Shown here: piece by piece, positions 17,496 to 28,376 of the stretch
How the letters are laid out: every line of letters starts with the position of its first letter
How positions within the stretch are numbered: the first letter of the stretch is position 1
Source: Dehalococcoidia bacterium
GTDB taxonomy: Bacteria; Chloroflexota; Dehalococcoidia; UBA2979
NCBI GenBank assembly: GCA_963667465.2
Contig: CAXXDN010000002.1
Span: forward strand, 1,664,001-1,728,000
DNA: 64,000 nucleotides
Direction of reading: 5' to 3'
Translations under genes and position numbers: made by a program
The notes under the pieces: generated by a model
The model's input: only the letters and a program-made list of their open reading frames with translations
Database searches by the model: none
What the model was told of the DNA's origin: nothing

Positions 17496-20400
17496 CTACG
17501 CCAGCGAGACGCATTCATCGAGGAATGTGCTCGCATTGCGGGTCAGTCGAACCCAACCGAGTCTCTCAAGCGCCCTCCGCTTGAGAGACTCGGAATCCAG
17601 AGTCGGGTCAGCCTGGCGAAGTTCCCGCAACATCATCGCGACCTCGTCCGGGGGGAGCTCGTCGAGAGCGCGTGGACCGCGCTCACGAAGGACAACCTCC
17701 GAGTCGCCTGGTACCCGGAGCACACGCTGAGCCTGTCCGTCCTTTCGGAGCGGGTTCGTGGCCTCGATGAGGCCAGATCGTTCGGCTGCGGCGCAGGCCC
17801 GATTGAACGCTCGCCGCGCCGGCATGGTTAGCCGCTGGCTCCCGGAGGCACGATTGAGCAGACGATAGGCGCGAATCGCAATGACGGGTCCTTCCCGGGC
17901 CACCACCTCCGTGAGGAGCTCAGCGAGTCGGGTCTGGCTTGCAGTGCGTGGGTCGGGAATCGCTTCGGCTGGACTCCACGTCTCATAAGGAGCAAGTGTG
18001 CGGATTCCGTCCGCATTCTCAGCCGCCGCCTCGAGCGGCGACCATCCCAGTGCCGGCTGTAGGAGGGCAGCATCCTCGATTCTTGGCGACACGTCTGGGG
18101 AGGCGAGTTCTTCGACCGACGGCGTAGCCTCGTCCGCCTTACGGACTCGGCTCGTCCGGTCGGGCTCGGCGGCGATCTCGCCAGCATCGATCACTTTGAC
18201 CTGCGTCGGGCCGGACGCTGCCGTGACCTCTCTCTCGTCTGCTCCCGTAGCCTGTTCCGGCCGGCCGGACTCCGCCGCAATCTCGATCCCGTCTGGCTTC
18301 CCTACCGGAACTGCGGGTACGGGCTCCGCCTCAACCTTCACCTCGCCCGGTACGTCGCGTCCGGCATCCGTCTCGGCCGCAGGGAGGATGCGGCGGCGCT
18401 TGAGCATCTCCCAAAGATCCTCGAGTGCCTCGTCAGGATTGAGGTGGAACGCGCTCCCGCGGATCCTCCAGAACACCCAGCCGCAGCGCTCCAGATCACG
18501 CTGGCGCGCAGCATCATCCTCATAGCGATCCGGACCGTGCCAAGCATCCCCGTCGCACTCCACGGCCAGACTCCCGTCCATGCCCTGGACGACGAGATCG
18601 ATCCTGTAGCCGCCGACCTCGAACTGTGGAATCACGCGGTACCCTCGGCGGGCGATGCGAAGGAACACGTCGACTTCGAACCAGCTGTCGAAGGGGGTCG
18701 GCGGACTCACACGTTGCCTATCAGCCCTGAACGCGAGCTGCTCGAGGTCGGCCACGTCGAGTCCTGCAACATCAGAAACCTTCACGGACGGGTTCAGGCA
18801 GTACTCGAGGAGCTGGTACCGCAGGCAGCTTGGATTGAGATCAGCGAGGGTGGCGGTGTGGAACAGGTACAGCTGATCGCGTGCTCGACTTGCTGCCACA
18901 TTGAACCGTCGTTGCGCAGCCGCGTCGGTCATCGCTGGAATGCGACGGTTCTCTCGTGGCGCTGAGACCATGCTCAGGAAGATCACGTCGCGTTCGTCAC
19001 CCTGGAATGCGTAGGCGTCGCCGCACACGAGTTGCCGCCGCTCGATTTCCTCCGGTCCGAGCGCACGCAACAGCTGCGTCTCGATCTCACGTGCCTGGGC
19101 GTCGCCGACCAAGCTGATGACGCCCATTGTCTTGCCGCGATAGGCATCGTCAGCGCAGAGCCGGGTGATCTCCTCGACGATTGCCTCCGCCTCTGGAGGA
19201 TTCACGTTGCGCCGCCCGCTCCCCCTCAGGTATCCGTCGGCTACGGGCCGCACGTCGATGGTGGGTTCGAGGCGGCCGGCTCCATACTGCCTCAGCGGAA
19301 TGAGTGGCTCGCCCTGGTACCAGAGGTTGTTGGAGAACTGGATGATCTCAGGCATGCAACGGAAGTGCTCGCGCAGTCTGATACGACCCCTGTAACGGAT
19401 TTCGGCCAGGTCGAAGAAGCTCTGGTTCACGCCGTACGCGTCCGCGTGCGGGAGATCCGAGATGTATCGCTCGCGGAGCTGGTTGACATCCTCGAAGTTG
19501 ACGCCCGCGTACGTCGGATGAATCTGCTTGTCGTCTCCTACGACCACGAGCTTCTTCGCCAGATAGGCGAGCAACAGCGCTTCCGGCCCGGACTGGCTGG
19601 CCTCGTCGATGATGGCGATGTCGAAGAGTTCGGAGCCCGGCCGTATGGTCTCCGCCACTCGGTGCAGCGGCATGACCCATGCCGGGATTGCGGACCTGCT
19701 CTCGTCAAGGTGCTCCTTCGCGCTGCGACGGTGCATCGGTGCGTACTTGCCGAATCCTCCGGCGATCGAGCGCACCGCTTTCGACCAGGCGACCAGGTGT
19801 TGCCGTTCGTGCTCTGTCATACGCTCGAAGCAGTGAGCCCAAGCCTTCTCCGCCGCTAGCTGCTCTACCACCCGAGCGATGGTCTGCTTCGCGTTCTCGA
19901 GCTCCAGCCGATGCTGCTGCTCGGCATCCGGGGCCGCCATGCGGATGACCCAAGCCTGCGCCCGCGACCAGTTCCAGGCACGGTCGAAGTCTCCCGCCCG
20001 CCCATCCCATACAGGATCGGCTGGAGCCTCGGCGAGCACCCCGGCCAGTTCCGGCGCCCCACCCGCCAGCCGTTCATGCAGCGTCCGTCTACGCTTGAGC
20101 TGCCGTTCGAGTGCGACGTTGGCTGCGGCTCGTTGCCTAGCCTCGGTGTAGGCGGTAGTGCTGCGCTCGCTGATGGCGGCCCGCAAGCCCTCAGAGGTCG
20201 GGTCGAGTCGCCCGGCACGTTGCTGCGCGCGCAACTCCTCGAGTGCCTGCTGGATTTTGCTCCGAGCTGACTCGTACCGCTCTGTTGCGTCAACAGCGGC
20301 GAGGGTCTCACGCAAGCCACGAAGTGCTGCTAGATCGGACCAGTCGGGCTCGGGACCTCCGGGGACACGGGCCAGCGTCCGCGACAGCTCGGCAGACATT

Positions 20401-22787
20401 CTGAGCGCCTCAAAGGCTTCTTCGAGTGGCTCACAAAGGTCGGCGAGTTCGGCAACGCCGTCAGTGAAAGTCGCCGCAGTCAGTTCCTGGTTGGGTGCCC
20501 ATCGTTCCCGCAGGTGACGGAATTCGAGTTCGGCATGGAGGCGCCGCACGAGGTCATTGATGGTCTCCGCCGTTTCGCACAACCGCCCGCCGATCCTCAA
20601 CCGTCGGATGTATAGCGCCCGCTTCACCACGGCGGAACGGAACGGCCCGATTCCCCAGCCGCCGCCACCCTCCAGGTGCTCCAGAAGCTCCGCGGCGTCC
20701 CCGCGGAGCTTCTGGAGGTCGAAATCCGGCTCCGGAGTGATCGGGTTCTCATCCAGCCATCCGGCCAGTTCAACCGTCGACTCCACTACCCTCGATGTGT
20801 CCTCGTGGAGTTGCCGCCAGCTACGCTCGTAGTCTCCGAGAATCTGCCTCGTAGCAGTTGAGACCCATGGCAGCGGCCGACGATGGATCCGCTCGATGAG
20901 CTGGATGAGTTCGGATAGCCCATGCCGTAGTTCGGAGCGTTCCTCCGGCGGCATCACCTCCAACGCGCCGTACTCAGGCCGCTGGCGGATGGAGGCACTC
21001 TCGTTGTAGGTCTCCTGTGCCTCGGACTCACCTTGCACAGCCTGCTCGAACGACTCGGTGTCGGGCAGGTGCTTGAGGTCGATGCCCACGCGCCCACTTG
21101 CCTCCCAATCCGAGAGACTCTCGTTCCTGAGCAGTGCCACGAGCTCGCTGAACTCGGCCACGGTGAGCGGCGGGTCGAGTTCTTCCGGGATGACGTCACC
21201 GATCCAGGAGAGAGATTCGCGCTCGCCACGCAGTGTCTGCGCGATCAGCGCCAGCGTGCCGGTGTATCCGAATCTCGCATCGAAAGTAAGGGTCTCCCGC
21301 TCTCGAATCGCACGGAGATCCGCGAAGATCCTCGCCTGGCGTCTCCTTGCCTGATCCAGCCCGAGTTCGAGTCGTGCTATGGCCTTACTGCTCGTCTCCG
21401 GGTCCCACGTATTCTGCCGAGTCGTAATCCCCTGAACGGACTCCTCCATCGCGGCCAGAGCTTCACGGTCGTCGCCGAGTAGCACGACAGAGAGTGGCGC
21501 GAGATCGGGCACACGCTCCCGAATCATGCGTTGAAGCACTTTGAGGGCGCGCACCGCGTGACTCGTGACGAGCACCCGCTCCCCTTTGGCGAGCGAGTGG
21601 CAGATCAGGTTCACGATGGTGTGCGACTTCCCCGTGCCCGGAGGCCCCTGGACCAGCACACCCTGGTTCTCAACAAGCCGCTCCACGATTCGCTGCTGCG
21701 CATCGTTCGCTGGGAGCGGGAAGAATGTCTCGCCCGCGCGGGCTCCGTTGCCACCTTGGTGAACCAGACTGTCGCGGTCCTGATCCCCAGAGACGCTGAT
21801 GAACCGTGATACCCCTTCGGGAACGGGCTCCCCAGCCTCCAGCTGGGTGATGATGTCCTCGAACGCGCGAAGGAATGAGCGTTCGGACCTTCTTCGAAGG
21901 ATCAGCGCAGGTGCGAAGTGGACGATCGGGTTGTCGCCCGCGCTTGCGACGCGTTCGAGTTCATCGCTGTACTCACCCTCGGGAGAGACGGAGTGCACCC
22001 AACTCTTGAGAAGTCCATCTATTGGACCGGCGGCCCAGAGGGAGTCGCCGATCCCATCCAACGTTTCCTCTATCGAGCTGAGGAGTTCTGGGTCGGGCCG
22101 ATATTGCGGGTCCAACATGTCCTGTTCGAGCGACGGGCGAGCACCCTCACCCGCTGGAGTGACCGTCAGCGTTCCGCTCGTCGTATCGAAGGCGACGCTC
22201 ACGCGAGCGACCGCCAAGTGCCGGCCCACCGTCTGCCCGTCCGGCGAGTTCCAACTGAGATACCCGAACCCGAAGACGATCTCGAAGTTCTCCCCCAGGC
22301 GCTGCTGCCGCTGGAACATCGAGAAGAGTTCCGTGTAGACACCCTGCACGGCCTGCTCGCGCCGATCCTGCTCAGCCCAGTGCCACCAGCGATCCGCAAT
22401 GTACGTATCCCAGGCCGCCTCTACCTCGGGGTGGTCTTCTCGCCTCAACGGCGGGTTCTCCGGAGACTCGCCAAGTATGGTCTCGTACAACTCAGGGAGA
22501 TCGAGGCTGGAGTCGTCCAACTGGCCCGGCCGCACCCAGTCGCGCGCCAATTCCGGTGGCTCAGGGGGCCGCGTTAGGCGTGGCTTCCGGATTTCCAGCC
22601 ACACCTCATCCGGCGCTTCAGGCTCCTCGCGATGCCACGCGATTGAGTCACATCCAGGTTCGCGTGGAACGTCGACCGCCCAGATGACCTGCTCGTACTG
22701 AGAAACGTCCCGGACCGTCCTGGTCCGGAGTTGGACGAACTCCTTGAGGAACGTGTAGAGAGCAATCGCGCCTTCATGATCAGTCAC
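17496..22787 (-). CDS. SF1 (UPF1/DNA2-like) helicase with C-terminal Vsr/DUF559-like nuclease; probable defence protein
   Basis: QGPPGTGKS, IIDEASQ, VGDDKQ, EHFRC, FQGDERD, FNVAASRAR, FDSWFE..YRIDL..VECDG; GGGGAG RBS before GTG at 22787. Confidence 0.9.
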   Translation of the reverse strand: MTDHEGAIALYTFLKEFVQLRTRTVRDVSQYEQVIWAVDVPREPGCDSIAWHREEPEAPDEVWLEIRKPRLTRPPEPPELARDWVRPGQLDDSSLDLPELYETILGESPENPPLRREDHPEVEAAWDTYIADRWWHWAEQDRREQAVQGVYTELFSMFQRQQRLGENFEIVFGFGYLSWNSPDGQTVGRHLAVARVSVAFDTTSGTLTVTPAGEGARPSLEQDMLDPQYRPDPELLSSIEETLDGIGDSLWAAGPIDGLLKSWVHSVSPEGEYSDELERVASAGDNPIVHFAPALILRRRSERSFLRAFEDIITQLEAGEPVPEGVSRFISVSGDQDRDSLVHQGGNGARAGETFFPLPANDAQQRIVERLVENQGVLVQGPPGTGKSHTIVNLICHSLAKGERVLVTSHAVRALKVLQRMIRERVPDLAPLSVVLLGDDREALAAMEESVQGITTRQNTWDPETSSKAIARLELGLDQARRRQARIFADLRAIRERETLTFDARFGYTGTLALIAQTLRGERESLSWIGDVIPEELDPPLTVAEFSELVALLRNESLSDWEASGRVGIDLKHLPDTESFEQAVQGESEAQETYNESASIRQRPEYGALEVMPPEERSELRHGLSELIQLIERIHRRPLPWVSTATRQILGDYERSWRQLHEDTSRVVESTVELAGWLDENPITPEPDFDLQKLRGDAAELLEHLEGGGGWGIGPFRSAVVKRALYIRRLRIGGRLCETAETINDLVRRLHAELEFRHLRERWAPNQELTAATFTDGVAELADLCEPLEEAFEALRMSAELSRTLARVPGGPEPDWSDLAALRGLRETLAAVDATERYESARSKIQQALEELRAQQRAGRLDPTSEGLRAAISERSTTAYTEARQRAAANVALERQLKRRRTLHERLAGGAPELAGVLAEAPADPVWDGRAGDFDRAWNWSRAQAWVIRMAAPDAEQQHRLELENAKQTIARVVEQLAAEKAWAHCFERMTEHERQHLVAWSKAVRSIAGGFGKYAPMHRRSAKEHLDESRSAIPAWVMPLHRVAETIRPGSELFDIAIIDEASQSGPEALLLAYLAKKLVVVGDDKQIHPTYAGVNFEDVNQLRERYISDLPHADAYGVNQSFFDLAEIRYRGRIRLREHFRCMPEIIQFSNNLWYQGEPLIPLRQYGAGRLEPTIDVRPVADGYLRGSGRRNVNPPEAEAIVEEITRLCADDAYRGKTMGVISLVGDAQAREIETQLLRALGPEEIERRQLVCGDAYAFQGDERDVIFLSMVSAPRENRRIPAMTDAAAQRRFNVAASRARDQLYLFHTATLADLNPSCLRYQLLEYCLNPSVKVSDVAGLDVADLEQLAFRADRQRVSPPTPFDSWFEVDVFLRIARRGYRVIPQFEVGGYRIDLVVQGMDGSLAVECDGDAWHGPDRYEDDAARQRDLERCGWVFWRIRGSAFHLNPDEALEDLWEMLKRRRILPAAETDAGRDVPGEVKVEAEPVPAVPVGKPDGIEIAAESGRPEQATGADEREVTAASGPTQVKVIDAGEIAAEPDRTSRVRKADEATPSVEELASPDVSPRIEDAALLQPALGWSPLEAAAENADGIRTLAPYETWSPAEAIPDPRTASQTRLAELLTEVVAREGPVIAIRAYRLLNRASGSQRLTMPARRAFNRACAAAERSGLIEATNPLRKDGQAQRVLRVPGDSEVVLRERGPRALDELPPDEVAMMLRELRQADPTLDSESLKRRALERLGWVRLTRNASTFLDECVSLA

Positions 22788-22894
22788 GGACAACTCCCCG
22801 GAACGAGTTCGACCTGGCGGGCGCCGGCGAAATGGTACCAGCAGTGATCTCTGGCTGGCGTTCTTGGAAACCTGTAGCTTCGCCAACCGTTCAA

Positions 22895-23726
22895 CCTGCA
22901 GCGGTGGGGTCGACTACGTCTACCTCTGGGCGGACGGCGTGCACTTCAACGTGCGCCTCGAGGAGGACCGGCTGTGCTGCCTGGTGCTGGTCGGGGTGCG
23001 TCCCGACGGCCGCAAGAAACTCGTGGCCGTTGTGGACGGCTACCGCGAGGACACGCAGTCCTGGCTCGATCTGCTGCGGGACCTGCGCGCGCGGCATGCG
23101 TGCCCCGAACTGGCTGTCGGTGATGGCGCGCTCGGCTTCTGGGCGGCGCTCCGGGAGGTCTTTGCCCGCACGCGCGAGCAGCGTTGCTGGGTGCACAAGA
23201 ACCAGAACGTGCTGGCGGCGCTGCCGCAGCGCGTGCATGGGAGAGGCGAAGCGAACGCTGCACGCCGTCTCGGGGGCGGCGACACGCGCCGAGGCGCTCG
23301 ATGCGGCGCGCGCCTTTGGCGAGCAGGTCGCGCAGTGGCCGAAGGCGACGGCGAAGGTCAGCGACGACCTCGAGCGGCTGCTGGCCTTCCACAACGTCCC
23401 TGCCGAGCACCACGTGCACCTGCGCACGACGAACCCGATCGAATCGACCTTCGCCACGGTGCGGCTGCGCCAGCGCGTCACCAAGGGCGCAAGCTCGCGC
23501 TCAGCGGGGTTTGGCGATGGCCTACAAGCTGCTCGACTCAGCGCAGCAACGCTGGCGGCGGGTGAACACACCGCATCTCGTCGCCGTCGTCCGGTCCGGC
23601 GGCGTCTTCGTGGACGGGGTGCTCCAGGAGCGAGCGGTCAGCCCGGACGGCAGCTACGAATCAACTCACGAGAGGGACGCCGCCTGATCTCTCCATCTGG
23701 CGATCCACAACTCTTCACGATATCTC
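22895..23726 (+). mobile_element. IS256-family transposase pseudogene (5'-truncated, frameshifted) with right end
   Basis: YLWADGVH, GDGALGFW, QRCWVHK, RTTNPIESTF; terminal CACAACTCTTCACGATATCTC. Confidence 0.85.
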
Positions 23727-23865
23727 TGCTCCAGGCGCTCCAGCCCCTGGCGGATTGGGGTTCAGCCGTCCCAGATTTGCTCTTCGGCTCTTGCTCCGGA
23801 CGCCGGAAAGGATTGGAGCGTCGCATGTGTTTCGGCGCCGAAACGCGATGAGCACTCGGAGCCAG

Positions 23866-23905
23866 TTTTGGTCGTAGCTTGGACGATGCTTGTTGTCGTC
23901 GTGGT
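23866..23905 (+). other. Candidate attL
   Basis: ATG-CT-TGTT-N7-TGGT, the inverse of ACCA-N7-AACA at 51231. Confidence 0.6.
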
Positions 23906-23941
23906 AGCTGCGAACAGTGCTGATCAGACTATCTGACGTCG

Positions 23942-23980
23942 GCGGGCTTCCAGTGCGCTTCGGGCACGACGAAAGCCCGC
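23942..23980 (+). terminator. Hairpin with C(UUCG)G loop near the ICE left end
   Basis: GCGGGCTT..GTGC.CTTCGG.GCAC..AAGCCCGC. Confidence 0.4.
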
Positions 23981-24040
23981 ACACATGGACGGAGACGGGG
24001 GGCACCGCCGCAGTGGCGATGCCCCCACCCGTCCCGTTGA

Positions 24041-26322
24041 TCAGGCCGCTCCCGCGAGTGAGCCTTCCTGCTCCCGCTCCAGCGCCCACTCGAAGAGCGA
24101 GAGCGTTGGAGCCTCGTCGTGGCGGCGACCCCGGGGCGGTAGCGGCTCCTCCGGCTTCCCGGCCATGAACTCCGCCCACGAGAACAGCGTGCGCTGCCGC
24201 TCGCGAGCAGCCGCCTCCGCGGCGTCGCCACGGACGACCGGCTCCGCTCCCGGTCCGGCCCCGGCCGTCACCAGCACTGGCTCCGGCTCGGATGCGTGCC
24301 AGCCCTCGTCGACCAGCAGCGCCTCGGCCTCCGCCGCGACCTGCCGCGCCTGCTCGAACACCGATTCGACCGAGCCGGCATCCTCCTCGCCCGCGACGAT
24401 CTTCCTCGCCAGGGCCAGCATCAGATCGTCGCCTTCGTCCCCGTAGGCGGCGAGGCCGTCCTCGGGCAGTTCGCCCTCGACGGCCAGCGAGCTCTGGAGC
24501 TTCTGCGCCACGAGCTTGAGGGCGTCCGCCTGCAGGGTGTTCCGGTAGGCCATGAAGACGACCTGGACGGGCTCGGTCTGGCCGATGCGCCAGGAGCGCC
24601 GTGACGCCTGCCTCATCGTGTACACGCTGTAATCCGTCTCGTACCAACACAGGGTCGGGAACTCCACGAGGTCGAGACCCGTCTGGACCAGCCGGGGATG
24701 GCAGACGAGCACATCGACACCCTCCTCGACCCGCTTCGCCACCCACGCCTCGCGGCGCTCCGGCGGCACCGCGTCGGCCTTCATGACCGCAACCCGGAAG
24801 CCGTGCCTGCCCAGGAACTCCTCCATGCGCCCGGTGATGTCGCGCGTTCCGGTGTGGGTCGCGTAGACGAGCACGCGGCGTCCCGCCAGCCGCTCGGCGG
24901 CGACGAGGTCGACGAGCGCCTGCTCCTTCGGGTAGAGCCGGTCCTCGGGGAGGGGCGGCACCTGCACGAGCAGCTCCTCCGACTCCGGGTCGAAGACCGT
25001 CTCGCCCTGCGTGCAGCCGTCGGGGTAGGCGAGCAGCGTCTGCAGGTAGGTGGCGAGCAGTCGCCGCGAGCCCTTCGAGAGCGCGTCGGCGAGCGCCGCC
25101 CTGAGCGTCCCGTAGAGCTCGTCGTAGCCCGAGCGCTGCGAGAGCCCGTTCCCGTCCGGCTCCGTGTCCATCGAGGAGAGCAGGACGCGCTCCTCGTAGG
25201 GCGGGAGACCGCCGGCGACGTCGGCGAGCCGCAGGAAGACCGAGTTGCCGATCAGGTGGAACAACGCGGCGGGGGCCAGACCGGGCGCTCGCGCACTACC
25301 TTGCGGTAGCGCTTGCGCCTGCTGGTGCGCCCGTCCTCGAAGGAGTCGCCGTCGTCGCGCCCGATCGTGTGCTCGACGAAGCCGTAGCGCTCGATCCAGC
25401 GGCTCTCCTCGGAGCGCCCGAACTCCCCCCGGATCTCCGGGCTGAACCGGTAGAGCAGGTGGAAGAGCGTCGAGGAGTAGCCGCCCATGAGCGTGCCGCT
25501 CAGCGAGAGCGATTTGCCGCAGGCGTCAGCGAGGACGCCGGCGGCGATGCCCTGCGCGGAGCCTCTTGCCTTGAACTCATGAACCTCGTCACCGATCAGC
25601 AGCTCGAAGAAGCCCCGCAGGCGGTGCTTCACGTAGTCGCTGAGCGGGTAGCGCTTCGGGCCGGAGCGGTCGGCCTGCCAGAGCGCGGCGCCGCACTCGC
25701 TGCAGGTGCGCTTGCGGCGGGCGAGGTCGCGGGCGAGCAGCGGCACCCCGTCCTTGTCCACGATCTGCTCGTGGCAGTCGGGGCAGCAGGGCACCCGGAA
25801 GGGCTCGCCCGTCTCCTCGTCGCGCACGAGGCCACGCGCCGTCGTGGCCCAGCGCTCGACGACGGCGGGCTGCCAGCGGTAGGAGAGCTTCGCCCGTTCG
25901 CGGCTCATCACCGCGAAGAGCGGGCCGTCGCCGGTCGCGGTCCGCAGCCGCTCGAGGTCGGTGATCGAGGCGACGATGACAGCTCGGGCGCCGGGCACCG
26001 TCTCCTCGACCTCGCGCTTCCACTTGCGCGTCAGGTGCGGCGGGCAAAGCACGAGCACTCGCTCGAAGCCCGCCATGTAGGCGGCTGAAGCCGCGATGAA
26101 GGTCTTGCCCGTGCCCATCTCCCCGACGACGGTCGTGCCGCGCTGCGCCTCAAGCGAGAGCGCCGCGCCGCGGATGGCGTCAGCCTGAGCGCCCAGCGGG
26201 GTGCGCAGCAGGCGTGGGAGTGGGCGGCCCTGCTCCGAGGGCCGGTAGCGGGGCGGGTAGGACTCCACCACCCGCCGGGCAATGGCGTCCCGGTACGTGT
26301 CGATGAATCCTGCGAGGTCCAT
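24041..26322 (-). CDS. SF2/SNF2-like helicase of the ICE, split by a 1-nt frameshift at ~25280
   Basis: GEMGTGKT, IGDEVH, LSGT, QTGLDL, QASRRSWRIGQ; adding one G restores RERPGLAPAALFHL. Confidence 0.85.
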
Positions 26323-26421
26323 GGTTCCGTTCCTTCCTTCTTGTTCTGGGTCGTGACGTGGCGAGGCCCCGCGATCGCAGTGACCGCGGGGCCTCGTGGA
26401 TGCGGCTCCGAGAGGAGCCGT

Positions 26422-26598
26422 CTATGCGGCGTCGCGCTGCGCGCGCTCGCAGCCGTCCGTGAGATGGATGGCCGTCACCGGGGAGGAGACGGCCCGTCCG
26501 CTGACGAGGTCCACCTCCGCGGTCCGCATCACCGGCTCGCCGGGTCGGATCGGCCGACCGCAGCGGGCGCAGGTCTCCGGGTCGAGGGGCAGCTGCAT
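26422..26598 (-). CDS. 58-aa zinc-finger-like protein (not in the ORF track)
   Basis: MQLPLDPETCARCGRPI..IHLTDGC; GGAGG RBS. Confidence 0.6.
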   Translation of the reverse strand: MQLPLDPETCARCGRPIRPGEPVMRTAEVDLVSGRAVSSPVTAIHLTDGCERAQRDAA

Positions 26599-26612
26599 CG
26601 TTCTTGCCTCCT

Positions 26613-27650
26613 TCAGGCGGCGATGTCGGTGATCTCGCCGAGGTCGAGGTCGAGCGCGACCACGGTGGTGCGCAGCCGCTCCCGGTAGACCTCCTTCTCG
26701 CGCGTGGTCTCGACGAGCAGCATCTCCTTACTCGTGCGGCCCTTGACGAGGATGCGCCCGCCGGCGCCCTCGAGCTGGAGGTTGTCGAGGAAGCCGGCCG
26801 CGACCAGCATCGCGAGGTGCCCGCGCCGCAGCGGCATGAGCGGCCGCGTGCGGGCGTCCTCGGACGGCCAGAGCGCGTCCGTTACGGTCGTGCTCACCCA
26901 GAGCCCGGAGCGCCGTGCTTCCGCAGCGGCCGCGATGGGGTCAACCGTGCGCGTGGCGAAGAGCACCTCGCCGTCCGCCGTCGCCGGGGCGTTGTAGACC
27001 GGGTAGCGCTGCGGGGTCAGCTCCTCGAGGTTGCCCTCGATCGCCTCCTGCAGCGCGACGGCGGCGTACTGGTCGTACTGCACCTCGGCCTTGCGGAGGC
27101 CGGTGACGACGACCTGGCCGAAGGCCTCGCGCTCGGGCTCCGGGAAGGCCCAGACGCGCAGGCTCCGGTAGTGTGAGGCGAGGTAGCGCGCCGACTCCGC
27201 CAGCCGCCGCAGCGGCACGACGAAGACCAGCAGCCCGCCCTCCGTGAGATAGCGCGTCGTCTGGCGCAGGAACGCCTGCTCCGTGCGCTTCTCGTCGTCT
27301 GCGGCGTCATTGTCGTAGGGCGAGTTCAGGTAGAGCAGCCCGAAGGCCCCGTTGGCGATCGCGGTCTGGAAGAGGCCCGTGCCCAGCGCGTGGTCGAGGC
27401 GGCTCTCCGCCTCCTTCGCGCGCTCGGCGTGGAGCTCCACCCCGTAGGTCTCCACCTGCGCTCCGTCGGGGCGCTCGATGGCGGAGGCGAGTTGCGCGAG
27501 CGCGTCCCCGGCCCCGCAGCAGGGGTCGAGGATGCGCAGCGTCGTCTCGCCACGGGTCACCGTCCGAGCCTGCGCGAGGGTCGCGATCATCTCCGTGACG
27601 CGTGGCGGGGTCGGGTAGAAGCCTCCCTTGAACTGCGCGGCCAGTCTCAT
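26613..27650 (-). CDS. DUF6094-type SAM-dependent DNA methyltransferase
   Basis: GFYPTP, ILDPCCGAG, YGVEL, LYLNSPYD; AAAGGAG RBS. Confidence 0.85.
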   Translation of the reverse strand: MRLAAQFKGGFYPTPPRVTEMIATLAQARTVTRGETTLRILDPCCGAGDALAQLASAIERPDGAQVETYGVELHAERAKEAESRLDHALGTGLFQTAIANGAFGLLYLNSPYDNDAADDEKRTEQAFLRQTTRYLTEGGLLVFVVPLRRLAESARYLASHYRSLRVWAFPEPEREAFGQVVVTGLRKAEVQYDQYAAVALQEAIEGNLEELTPQRYPVYNAPATADGEVLFATRTVDPIAAAAEARRSGLWVSTTVTDALWPSEDARTRPLMPLRRGHLAMLVAAGFLDNLQLEGAGGRILVKGRTSKEMLLVETTREKEVYRERLRTTVVALDLDLGEITDIAA

Positions 27651-28313
27651 CTCGTGTCTCCTTTCGTTCCGTTCGTCGTTGTCATTGGCTGCGCGCCCTC
27701 CGGCGGTAGCGTGAGCAGTCCCGAGCCGACCGCTACGGAGAGGTCCTCGCGCAGTGCCTCGGCGTCGGGGGTGCAGCGCCAGGCGTGGACACCCGCCGAC
27801 TGCAGGGGTGAGATCTCGCCCTTCGCCAGGCCCCGCCGCCAGAGCCACTCCGCCCAGTTGCGGTGCAGGGGCAGGGGACTGCGGCGGTCGAGGAAGCGAT
27901 GGTGGAGAGCCGGGGCCCTCGCCTCGCCGGGGGCGAGCAGCAGGAACGCGTCCCGCTCGAAGGCGTACTCGGCCATGCGGGTGTAGACCATCGCGTGCCA
28001 GCCCCCCCGAAACCGGGAGCCGCGCGATCTTGGTCGTCCACGTGCCGATCGTCTCGTGTGGTACCTCGCAGCGGTGGAAGCCGCCGGAGAGGGCGAGGCC
28101 GTCCGTTCCGGCGAGCAGGTGGGCGCTCTCCGGGGGCCGCTTGAGGAGGGCGGCCCAGATTGCCTTGAGGGCGCTCTGGGCGCCGACCATGGAGAGGAAC
28201 CAGAGTCCCTCGCTGTCGGGGTCGCGCGCGAAGGCGTCGGCGGTTGCCGAGAACCCTCCCGCGCTGATCGTGTACAGGTCGTCCGGGTTGATGGCGGCGT
28301 CGGCCGCGAGCAT
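27647..28313 (-). CDS. ICE conserved hypothetical protein, frameshifted in a G7 run at ~28005
   Basis: Removing one G joins LWFLSMVG.. to SGGWHAMVY..PLPLHRNWAEWLW; ATGA overlap with the MTase. Confidence 0.7.
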
Positions 28314-28376
28314 GGGCTGTTCTCCTTCCGGTAGTGAATGGGTGGCAGCGCGGGGGTGTCCCGCGTGCGCCGCGCC

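Noticed and set aside
26613-28313. 566-aa fused methyltransferase ORF
   Set aside because: The middle section is out-of-frame junk; better explained as two genes with one frameshift
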